Part shown: one piece after another, positions 8,378-15,899 of the stretch
How the letters are laid out: each line of letters begins with the position of its first letter
How positions within the stretch are numbered: position 1 is the first letter of the stretch
Origin: Rhodospirillales bacterium
GTDB lineage: Bacteria > Pseudomonadota > Alphaproteobacteria > Acetobacterales > Acetobacteraceae
Assembly: GCA_043788425.1 (NCBI GenBank)
Contig: JAYVTX010000149.1
Span: forward strand, 1-40,623
Length of the DNA stretch: 40,623 nucleotides
Direction: 5' to 3'
The notes under the pieces: generated by a model
Seen by the model: only the letters and a program-made list of their open reading frames with translations
Databases searched by the model: none
Told to the model about the DNA's origin: nothing
Position numbers and translations under genes: made by a program

Positions 8378-9019
8378 ATGCAGACCTGGCCGTATATTCC
8401 TGCCCTGCCGGCCCCCTGGATGAACCGCCGGGCCCGGCTATGGCGGCAGTGGCTAATTACCGGCCAGACCCGGCGCTTTCAGCTCGACTTTCGCACCGTG
8501 ACGGGCGGAACCAGCCGGGGCCGCGCATCCCTACACGCGTATGGGCTGGCGCTGCGCGCCGAATGGCATCGTCGGATAGAGCAGGGTCCGGCCGGGCCCG
8601 CGCTACGCCGGGCCGACCATCCAAACTACCTTGGCGACCGCGCCGTAGTCCGCGGGCTGATTGACGGCTGGTTCGCCCTGCAAATTGCCCGCGCCGGCGG
8701 TGCGGTCCCGCATGAGGCTGTGGAACAGGAGACGGCACGCCTCGTTCACATCTTTACAGGGTCAGACCCGGCGTATCCCCCGATCGGCGGGTGGAACACT
8801 CAACCGCTGTTGGGTGCGGCGCTACGCCACCACTACGCCCTGCCTGACGGACCGTTCGACACAACGCTGGGCAATGCATTCGGAGCGGCCGGGCTGTCGG
8901 TGCTTAGCGTTCTACAGGGGGCGGAAACCGGCTCCATCGCGCCGGGTCAGGCAGTGGGCCAGTTGAAGCCGATCGCGACGCAGCTGGTGGATGCGCTGCT
9001 GGGTCACGCCAACGGGTAG
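8378..9019 (+). CDS. hypothetical protein (no family recognised)
   Basis: Track ORF is 8339..9019 (TTG). An ATG at 8378 gives MQTWPYIPALPAPW... Third positions are GC-rich throughout and composition is normal. Trp-rich with no Cys, no signal peptide and no TM segment. The 3' end overlaps the convergent ABC ATPase gene by 16 nt. Confidence 0.5.
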   Translation: MQTWPYIPALPAPWMNRRARLWRQWLITGQTRRFQLDFRTVTGGTSRGRASLHAYGLALRAEWHRRIEQGPAGPALRRADHPNYLGDRAVVRGLIDGWFALQIARAGGAVPHEAVEQETARLVHIFTGSDPAYPPIGGWNTQPLLGAALRHHYALPDGPFDTTLGNAFGAAGLSVLSVLQGAETGSIAPGQAVGQLKPIATQLVDALLGHANG

Positions 9020-9924
9020 TGGCAACGGATTTGCCGATCGCCATGCGCGACCAGGGCCGGCATTTCCGTGCGGCAGAGCGGTTGCACCTGCGGACAGCGC
9101 GTGTGGAAGCGGCAGCCGGATGGGGGACGAAGCACGCTCGGGATTTCACCGTGTAGGGCGATAGGCGTCACGCGCCGGGTGGGGTCCAGAACAGGGTTGG
9201 TCGATAACAGCGCGGCCGTGTAGGGGTGTGCGGGGCCTGTGTAAAGTTTGGCGGTCGGCCCCGTCTCCACCACCTGGCCCAGATACATCACGACCATGGC
9301 CGTGCTGATGCGCCGGACAACATTCAAGTTGTGGCTGGATACGACCAGCGTTTGACCCAGTGCCTGTTGCCGGGCCAGCAGCCCATTCAGCAGCCCGCCC
9401 TGCACCGACACGTCCAGCCCGGCCGTCGGTTCGTCCGCCAACAGCACGCGCGGGTCCAGGCACAGCGCCCGCACCGCCGCCACCCGCCGCGCCTGCCCGC
9501 CCGATAGCTGGTGCGGCCGCCTGTCCAACAACTCTGGGGTTAAACCGAGCGCCGCCATCAAGGAATTTACGGCGGGCCAGGGGTCGGTCCCGTGGATGCG
9601 CCCCGGCTCCTGCAACAACGCGCGCACCGTCATGCGGGGTGACAAAGACCCGGCCGCGTCCTGCGGCAGCAATTGCGCCAATGCGCTCAACCGCCGCCGG
9701 TCCCGGGCGAGCGCTGCGACCGGAACGCCCCCGATCGTGATTGATCCGGACTGTAATGGCACCAACCCCAGCGCCGCCCGCAACAGTGTGGTCTTACCGG
9801 ACCCACTTTCCCCCACCAGGCCGGTCACAACCCCTGCGTCGAGCACCAGGTCCAGATCGACCAGCGCCGTCATGGCACCGAACGCCACGCGGGCACGCTC
9901 AAACTGGATCAGGCCTTCCAGCAT
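9004..9924 (-). CDS. ABC transporter ATP-binding protein (DppF/OppF-like)
   Basis: Walker A GESGSGKTT, signature LSGGQARR, Walker B LLADEPTAGLD, and the C-terminal oligopeptide-type extension (CRFHTRCP). The start is more likely the ATG at 9924, preceded by GGAGG with a 4-nt spacer, than the track start at 9936. Confidence 0.9.
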   Translation of the reverse strand: MLEGLIQFERARVAFGAMTALVDLDLVLDAGVVTGLVGESGSGKTTLLRAALGLVPLQSGSITIGGVPVAALARDRRRLSALAQLLPQDAAGSLSPRMTVRALLQEPGRIHGTDPWPAVNSLMAALGLTPELLDRRPHQLSGGQARRVAAVRALCLDPRVLLADEPTAGLDVSVQGGLLNGLLARQQALGQTLVVSSHNLNVVRRISTAMVVMYLGQVVETGPTAKLYTGPAHPYTAALLSTNPVLDPTRRVTPIALHGEIPSVLRPPSGCRFHTRCPQVQPLCRTEMPALVAHGDRQIRCHYPLA

Positions 9925-10859
9925 GCAACCTCCCATTCTGGTCCGACCAGGCGCAGGGTCTGTGGCGTTTCACAATGCGTTTCGGCCAGCGGGCACCGGG
10001 CGGCAAACAGGCAGCCGGGTGGGTGTTCCGATGGGTTTGGCACCTCACCGGGTATGCTGGCGATCGGGGCACCAGAATCCTGATGGTCGTCCAGCTCGCA
10101 CGCGATCAGCGCCTGCGTGTAGGGATGGCGTGGCGCGCCGGTGATGCTGGCCACCGGCCCCCGCTCAATCACGGCGCCCGCGTACATGACCGCCACGTCG
10201 TCGCATAGCTGCGCCACCAGGCCGAGCTGGTGGGAGATGAACAGGATTGAACCCTGGAAGTCCTGGCGCAGGGCCTGGAACAGGCGGACGATGCCGGCCT
10301 CGATCGTGGCATCCAGCGCCGTCGTCGGCTCGTCGGCCAGTAGCAGGTCGGGCGCGGCGGCCAGGGCCATGGCGATCATGACCCGCTGCTTCATGCCGCC
10401 CGATAGCTCGTGCGGGTAGGCGTGCAGGCGTTGGGCCGGGTCGGCGATGTCGACCGATCGCAGCGCCGCTTCTGCCGCCGCACGCAGGTCCTGCTGCTCC
10501 GGATTGCGCCCCGCCTTTTCACGACGCCGCAGAATATCGATCAGCTGGGTGCCGATGGTGAATAGCGGATTGAGCGCGCTGGACGGATCCTGGAACACCA
10601 TCGCGATCCGGTGCCCGCGCCAGGTGGCCCGGGCGGGTTCGTCCAGCTGTTCCAAATCGGTGCCGTCCATCACGATGCGTCCGCGCCGATCCAGCCCGAC
10701 CGTCATGCCCAGGAGCGCCAGGGCCAGCGTGCTTTTGCCCGACCCGCTTTCGCCCACCAGGCCCAGGATGCGGCCGCGTGCAATGGGTAGCGTGACCCCG
10801 CGCAGCACGCTCGATGTACCGTACCAGGCGTGCAGGTCCTGGATCTCAATAAGGTTCAT
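9909..10859 (-). CDS. ABC transporter ATP-binding protein (DppD/OppD-like)
   Basis: Walker A GESGSGKST, signature LSGGMKQR, Walker B LLADEPTTALD, C-terminal CLFAARCP motif. Overlaps the upstream permease gene by 4 nt. Confidence 0.9.
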   Translation of the reverse strand: MNLIEIQDLHAWYGTSSVLRGVTLPIARGRILGLVGESGSGKSTLALALLGMTVGLDRRGRIVMDGTDLEQLDEPARATWRGHRIAMVFQDPSSALNPLFTIGTQLIDILRRREKAGRNPEQQDLRAAAEAALRSVDIADPAQRLHAYPHELSGGMKQRVMIAMALAAAPDLLLADEPTTALDATIEAGIVRLFQALRQDFQGSILFISHQLGLVAQLCDDVAVMYAGAVIERGPVASITGAPRHPYTQALIACELDDHQDSGAPIASIPGEVPNPSEHPPGCLFAARCPLAETHCETPQTLRLVGPEWEVACWKA

Positions 10860-11659
10860 CGCCGCGGGTCCGCCCAGCGCTGCAGCGCCTCCCCAAATAA
10901 CGTGAAGCCCAGCGTGGCCACTGCAAGCGCCAACGACGCCACAACCACCGGGCCGGCACTGTCCGACAGATAGGCGTAGCCGTCATAAATCAGGGTGCCC
11001 CAGCTGCTCAGCGGCGGGCGGACGCCCAGGCCGATGAAGCTCAACCCGGCCTCGATCGTAATGGCGGCCGGGATTTCCATGCTGGCCAGCACGATCAGCG
11101 GGCCGGCGATGTTGGGCAGCACGTGGCGCAGCACAATGCGGGCCGGCGACGCACCCAGGACGCGTTCGGCCTCCAGAAACGGCGATTGCCGCAGCGCCCG
11201 GGTCTGTGCCCACGCAACCTTGCCGAATTGCGGAACCAGGGTCAGCGCGATCATGGCAACCAGGACCGTGTCGCTGGGCCCAAACACGGCCACGACGGCC
11301 AGGGCCAGCACCAGCGACGGGAAGGCGCTGACAACGTTCAGGCCGGCCACGACCGTGACCTCGACCCCGGACGGCGCAATCGCGGCCAGTACACCCAGCG
11401 CCGTGCCGGCAGCCAGCGCCAGCAGAACGGCCGAACCCGACACCGTGACGGCAACGGTCGCGCCATGCAGCAGCCGGCTGAGCAGGTCGCGGCCCAGCTG
11501 ATCCGTGCCCAGCCAGTGCGCGGTACCCGGCGGCGCGAACCGGGCCATGACGTCTAGCGCATCGGGATCGTAGGGCGACAGCCACGGCGCAAATGCCGCC
11601 GCGACGATTACCGTCAGCACGATTGCCGCACCCAGCCCGCCCGCGGCACCAAACCTCAT
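10856..11659 (-). CDS. ABC transporter permease (DppC/OppC-like)
   Basis: 267 aa. N-terminal SPYDP motif, HWLGTDQLGRDLLSRLL motif, EAERVLGAS EAA-loop and about 6 TM segments. Confidence 0.9.
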   Translation of the reverse strand: MRFGAAGGLGAAIVLTVIVAAAFAPWLSPYDPDALDVMARFAPPGTAHWLGTDQLGRDLLSRLLHGATVAVTVSGSAVLLALAAGTALGVLAAIAPSGVEVTVVAGLNVVSAFPSLVLALAVVAVFGPSDTVLVAMIALTLVPQFGKVAWAQTRALRQSPFLEAERVLGASPARIVLRHVLPNIAGPLIVLASMEIPAAITIEAGLSFIGLGVRPPLSSWGTLIYDGYAYLSDSAGPVVVASLALAVATLGFTLFGEALQRWADPRR

Positions 11660-12588
11660 TTGCGCGTGCGCGGATCGATGGCACCCAGGGCCATATCCGC
11701 CACCTGGTTCGCCAGCACGAATAGCGTTACGACCATCAGCACCGCCCCCTGTAGCACGGGGAAATTACGGGCGTTGATTGCATCCAGCATCAGCCGGCCG
11801 AGGCCCGGGCGGGCAAAAACGATCTCAATCAACACAGCCCCGCCCAGCAGCCGGCCAACGCCCAAGCCCAACACGGCCAGCGCGGGCACGAGTGCGTTCT
11901 TTAGCGCATATTTGTACACGACCTGTCGGGCGGGCAGTCCATAGGCACGGGCGGTGCGGATGTAGGGCTGACCCAGCACTTCCAGCATCGACGTGCGGAC
12001 CAGGCGGGCGAGGAAGCCGATCCACCCGACGGCCAGCGCCACGGCCGGCAGGATCAGGCGGCGTGCGGTATCACCGAAACTGCCATCACCCGCGCCCAAA
12101 ACCGGCAGCCAATCGAGCCATACCGAAAACACCAGCAGCAGCCCGATCGCCACCACAAACCCCGGGATGGCAATCAGCGTGACCGACAGGCCGGCCAGCC
12201 CGTGATCCAGCAGCGATCCCGGGCGCAGTGCCGCAACAACGCCAAGCGGCACGGATACCAGCACCGACAGTCCGATTGCGGCTGCCGTCAATGCCAGCGT
12301 GGGTGGCACAGCGGCCAGCACAACGCCCAGCACTGGCCGGCCACTCAGGACATCCGTGCCGAGATTACCCATCAGCAGCCGGCCGAAGAAGATGCCGATA
12401 CGGCTTAGAAACGGCTTATCTAGACCCATTTCTACCCGGAACTGCTGGGCGGCGGCGGGCGATGCCTCCGGTCCCAGCAGCGCCGTCGCCGGGTCGCCTG
12501 GGACCAGCGTTGTCAACAGGAACAGCAGCGCCATCGCACTCAGGATTGTGAGGACGATGGTCGCGACCCGCACCAGGGGGGCCTGCAT
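11656..12588 (-). CDS. ABC transporter permease (DppB/OppB-like)
   Basis: 310 aa. LVPGDP motif, YIRTARAYGL EAA-loop and about 6 TM segments. Overlaps the next permease gene by 4 nt. Confidence 0.9.
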   Translation of the reverse strand: MQAPLVRVATIVLTILSAMALLFLLTTLVPGDPATALLGPEASPAAAQQFRVEMGLDKPFLSRIGIFFGRLLMGNLGTDVLSGRPVLGVVLAAVPPTLALTAAAIGLSVLVSVPLGVVAALRPGSLLDHGLAGLSVTLIAIPGFVVAIGLLLVFSVWLDWLPVLGAGDGSFGDTARRLILPAVALAVGWIGFLARLVRTSMLEVLGQPYIRTARAYGLPARQVVYKYALKNALVPALAVLGLGVGRLLGGAVLIEIVFARPGLGRLMLDAINARNFPVLQGAVLMVVTLFVLANQVADMALGAIDPRTRK

Positions 12589-12591
12589 CGG

Positions 12592-14115
12592 TTAGGCCGG
12601 CGCGAAGCGGTCCAGCGCCCAGTCGATGCCAGTGGGCAGCAGCGCTGGGCGAACCGTGGCGCGATACACGAACACACTGACGTCGTAGGTCAGCCACACG
12701 AATGCGGCGCTGGCGGCCATCAGCTTCTGCGCCTGCACAAACAGTGCGGCACGCTTGGTATCGTCTAGCTCGGCTGAACCCTGATCGAGCAGCGCGTCGA
12801 ACGCCGGGTCGGACCAGCGCTGCCAGTTCCAGGTGCCGATCTGCGCCGTCGTGAACCATTGCGCCAAGAAGTTCGGATCGAGCTTACCGTTGAACCGGAT
12901 CATGAACAGCTCGAGCCCCTTACCGGCGTCACCCTTGCCAGAGCTGAAAAAGCTGCCCGCATCCTGTGCATCGACATCGAGGGTGATCCCGATTTCCGCC
13001 AGTTGCGCCCGGGCAACCAGGGCCATGGTTTGGTAGACGGGCTGGCTTTGAACCGTAATGCGGGCCTTGAACCCTGCCGCGTGCCCGGCCTCGGACATCA
13101 GCTTCTTGGCTGCCGCTACGTCGCGCTTCGGCGCTGGAGCCTCGGCCCAATGGCCCACGACCTGCGGCATGATCAAAGCGTTCGCCCGCGGAGCCCGACC
13201 GTTATAGCCGGCCAGCACCATCTGATCGGGATCGAGCGCCAATTGGATCGCCTGCCGAACCCGAATGTCGTTGAACGGTGGCTTTTCGACATTCATGCCC
13301 AGCCAGACGTTGGCAATCCCAGGCTGTTCCAGCACCACCAGGCCTGGCGTTTTGCGCAATGGCTCCGCCACCTGTGGCGGCAGGGCACCGAAGTCGAGGT
13401 CCGTGCCGCGCAGGCCCAGCTCCGCCGTACGCGGGTCGGGAACGTAACGGACTGTCACCTGCTCATAACCCGACGGCGCACCGGCAAAGTCCGGGTTGCG
13501 GCGCAGCACCACCTGCCGCTGTTTTTCAAACGACACGACCATCATGGCACCCGAACCGACGGGGCGCGTGTTATGTTCCCGACCCCGCTCCGCCACCGCT
13601 CGGCGGCACAAAATGCTGCCAGCTGTATCGCCCAGTGCAATTGTGAATAAGCCGGCGCGCGGGCGTTCCAACACAATCGTGCCGGTTAGTGGCCCGGTCA
13701 CGTCCACCTGCTTCAGGTTCGCCCACTCGCCTTTATAGGGGCTTTCGCGCCCATCCTGGCCGTGAATGAACCGTTCGTAGGAGAACTTCACGTCGTCCGC
13801 GGTCATGTCGCCAAAACCATCGGTGAATTTCTGGCCGGGCTTGAGCGTGAACTCGACCGTTGTGGGTGACGTTTGTTCGACGCGGCTGGCGGCATCCAGC
13901 GCAGGCGGTGCGCCGTTGGCTCCGGTACCGATCAGGCGCTGGGTGATGGCGCGAACGATGTTACCGTCCTGCAAACCGCTGCGAAAGGCTGGATCGAGAA
14001 CCTCAAAATCACGATCGACGCGCACACTGATGCCGGCTTTTTGCTGCGCATATGACGGCGTGGCGAAAGCGAGTGCGGTGGCACCCCCTAGCAGGTCACG
14101 GCGGGTGGGGGACAT
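12592..14115 (-). CDS. ABC transporter substrate-binding protein, family 5 (peptide/nickel/opine type), Tat signal
   Basis: Track ORF extends to 14154. The ATG at 14115 is preceded by GAAGGAA and gives MSPTRRDLLGGATALAFATPSYAQQ, a twin-arginine signal. Size of about 507 aa fits family 5 SBPs. First gene of the five-gene operon. Confidence 0.9.
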   Translation of the reverse strand: MSPTRRDLLGGATALAFATPSYAQQKAGISVRVDRDFEVLDPAFRSGLQDGNIVRAITQRLIGTGANGAPPALDAASRVEQTSPTTVEFTLKPGQKFTDGFGDMTADDVKFSYERFIHGQDGRESPYKGEWANLKQVDVTGPLTGTIVLERPRAGLFTIALGDTAGSILCRRAVAERGREHNTRPVGSGAMMVVSFEKQRQVVLRRNPDFAGAPSGYEQVTVRYVPDPRTAELGLRGTDLDFGALPPQVAEPLRKTPGLVVLEQPGIANVWLGMNVEKPPFNDIRVRQAIQLALDPDQMVLAGYNGRAPRANALIMPQVVGHWAEAPAPKRDVAAAKKLMSEAGHAAGFKARITVQSQPVYQTMALVARAQLAEIGITLDVDAQDAGSFFSSGKGDAGKGLELFMIRFNGKLDPNFLAQWFTTAQIGTWNWQRWSDPAFDALLDQGSAELDDTKRAALFVQAQKLMAASAAFVWLTYDVSVFVYRATVRPALLPTGIDWALDRFAPA

Positions 14116-14240
14116 GGCGGTTCCTTCTCGGTCAGCAACAGGTGTGGCGGTCACCCACGCTTGTTAGGGGTGCGCTTGCCACGGGACAACTCCGGCCGGG
14201 TTATTGCGTTCCGTGCGGCGTTGCAGAATGGAGACACACG

Positions 14241-14441
14241 ATGCCCGGCATACGCCCAGCTACACCGTCCAACACGCCAGCCGTTCCGGCGTATGGCGAG
14301 GATGACGAGGCCAAGGCCCTGGCCGCACCAAAGGCCCCGTCCAAACCCGTTGCACCACCGCCGGTGAAAGCAGCCGGCACGACCGAAACCGATATCGCGT
14401 CCAACGTTGCGGAGGCTGCGGCGCGCGCGGGCAGGTCGTAA
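14241..14441 (+). CDS. possible 66-aa Pro/Ala/Lys-rich small protein
   Basis: ATG at 14241 preceded by GGAGA with a 6-nt spacer. Translation: MPGIRPATPSNTPAVPAYGEDDEAKALAAPKAPSKPVAPPPVKAAGTTETDIASNVAEAAARAGRS. It would fill an otherwise 290-nt gap and leave a 125-nt divergent promoter region with the SBP gene. Low complexity, so uncertain. Confidence 0.3.
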   Translation: MPGIRPATPSNTPAVPAYGEDDEAKALAAPKAPSKPVAPPPVKAAGTTETDIASNVAEAAARAGRS

Positions 14442-14442
14442 C

Positions 14443-15174
14443 CTATGACGGCGTCTCGACCGACCAGGTTGCCGACTTGACCAACGGCGACCGCACCAGC
14501 GCGGCGATGACGGCGTCCAGTTCCGCATCCTCGGCGGTGTTGGGCACCAAAATGGCCGCCAGCTCGACCTGGTCATCCGTGTCGGTCAGCGTCTCCACCT
14601 CCCGCACCGGGTAGCTGGCCCGATCGAGCTCGGTATCCAGCAGGTCGCGGACGGCGGACACGTTTTCGGGCCGGCAGGTAGCGTGCACGCGATACTCTGC
14701 CTCTGTCACCTCCGCCGTGATCGGGCGGCGGTTGATCCAGTTCACCAGCGGGCGCAGCAGCGTGTTACCCGATAGGACGACGCCTGTGAGGGTAATGGCC
14801 TCCGCCATCAAACCGGAGCCGGAGAAGCAGCCGACCGCGCCCGAGCACCACAGCGTCGCGGCGGTATTGAGGCCGCGGATGTTGGTGCCATCCTTTACAA
14901 TTACGCCGGCACCCAAAAAGCCGATGCCGGAGACGACGTAGGCGATGATGCGCGTCGCTCCATCGGCGCCAAACAGCCGCATGCCAAGGTCGGAGAATGC
15001 GGCCGCGCCCACGGCCACCAGCACGTTCGTACGCAGCCCCGCCGTCCGCTGCCGCCACTGCCGCTCAAACCCAATCGCCAGCCCCAGCGCGAACGCCACC
15101 AGAATGACGCTGAGCGTATGAAGGTACGCGCTGGCCAGTAGCGCCTGGAATACTTCTCGGGCGGCCATGGACAA
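14443..15174 (-). CDS. mgtC: MgtC/SapB family protein
   Basis: 243 aa. N-terminal membrane domain with GLAIGFERQWRQRTAGLRTNVLVAVGAA and GIGFLGAG motifs, plus a soluble ACT-like C-terminal domain. Typical MgtC architecture. Confidence 0.88.
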   Translation of the reverse strand: MSMAAREVFQALLASAYLHTLSVILVAFALGLAIGFERQWRQRTAGLRTNVLVAVGAAAFSDLGMRLFGADGATRIIAYVVSGIGFLGAGVIVKDGTNIRGLNTAATLWCSGAVGCFSGSGLMAEAITLTGVVLSGNTLLRPLVNWINRRPITAEVTEAEYRVHATCRPENVSAVRDLLDTELDRASYPVREVETLTDTDDQVELAAILVPNTAEDAELDAVIAALVRSPLVKSATWSVETPS

Positions 15175-15201
15175 CTCGTACTGTGATTGGTGGTCTGTCG
15201 G

Positions 15202-15846
15202 TTAGCGGGCGGTTGACTTTCCGTCCACCCCGGCCGGCGGATCCGACCGGATTGTCGCGGCGACGGCAGCGCCCAAAAAGCAAAGTGACACCGCCGACGC
15301 GCCCGCCAGTGCGCGCCCATCGCGGCAGGCCAGGGAAAGCACGGCCGGGGTGGCACCCGGCAGACGGACCAGCGCCTGCCAGCGGGCGAGTGAAGCAGCC
15401 TCCCCATGCAAGGCGGGATCGAGCTGGGCCTCGCCGATCACGGTCTCCCGCCGGCCAAGCACGGCGTGGACGGTGCCGGGCCGGAGCAAGATGGTGCCTG
15501 GAATACTGCATTCGGCGCAGATGCGCGCACTGTCTAGGCTGAGTAGGGACGCAAGCTCGGGCAATACGGCGGTACGGCCTGTGATCAACGCCAACACGGC
15601 GGCCTGCACCCGGGCCGTGAAGCTATCGGCGACCCGGCGATGTTGCGCGAGGGTTTCGACCTCGTGCCGGGCACCGGCAAGTTGGGCAGCCATGTGATCG
15701 GCCAGCACGTCGCCATGCACGCGGCGCGGCGGGTCGAGGGTGGCGTACAGTCCAGGTTGCCGGGCCAGCCAGCCGGGATTGTCGCGTAGGAACGCGGTCA
15801 CGGCTCCCTCATCCAGCGCTGCCCGGGCGGGGGCGCGGTCAGGCAT
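15202..15846 (-). CDS. DUF484 family protein (YigA-like, GAF-like fold)
   Basis: Track ORF runs to 15882. The ATG at 15846 gives MPDRAPARAALDEGAVTAFLRDNPGWLARQPGLY..., the typical DUF484 N-terminus. The shorter start also avoids crowding the divergent priA start. Confidence 0.75.
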   Translation of the reverse strand: MPDRAPARAALDEGAVTAFLRDNPGWLARQPGLYATLDPPRRVHGDVLADHMAAQLAGARHEVETLAQHRRVADSFTARVQAAVLALITGRTAVLPELASLLSLDSARICAECSIPGTILLRPGTVHAVLGRRETVIGEAQLDPALHGEAASLARWQALVRLPGATPAVLSLACRDGRALAGASAVSLCFLGAAVAATIRSDPPAGVDGKSTAR

Positions 15847-15899
15847 GTGATTGCAAACGCCAGCCCAACGCCGCATGTGCATCGCGTGTGGTCCCGTTC

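Noticed and set aside
14201-14404. 67-aa and 141-aa minus-strand ORFs (14201..14404 and 14151..14576) in the gap upstream of the ABC operon.
   Set aside because: They have no RBS, and one overlaps the mgtC 3' end. Their compositions are Gly/Ala/Arg-skewed. The plus-strand mini-ORF with GGAGA-N6-ATG is the better, though still tentative, explanation.
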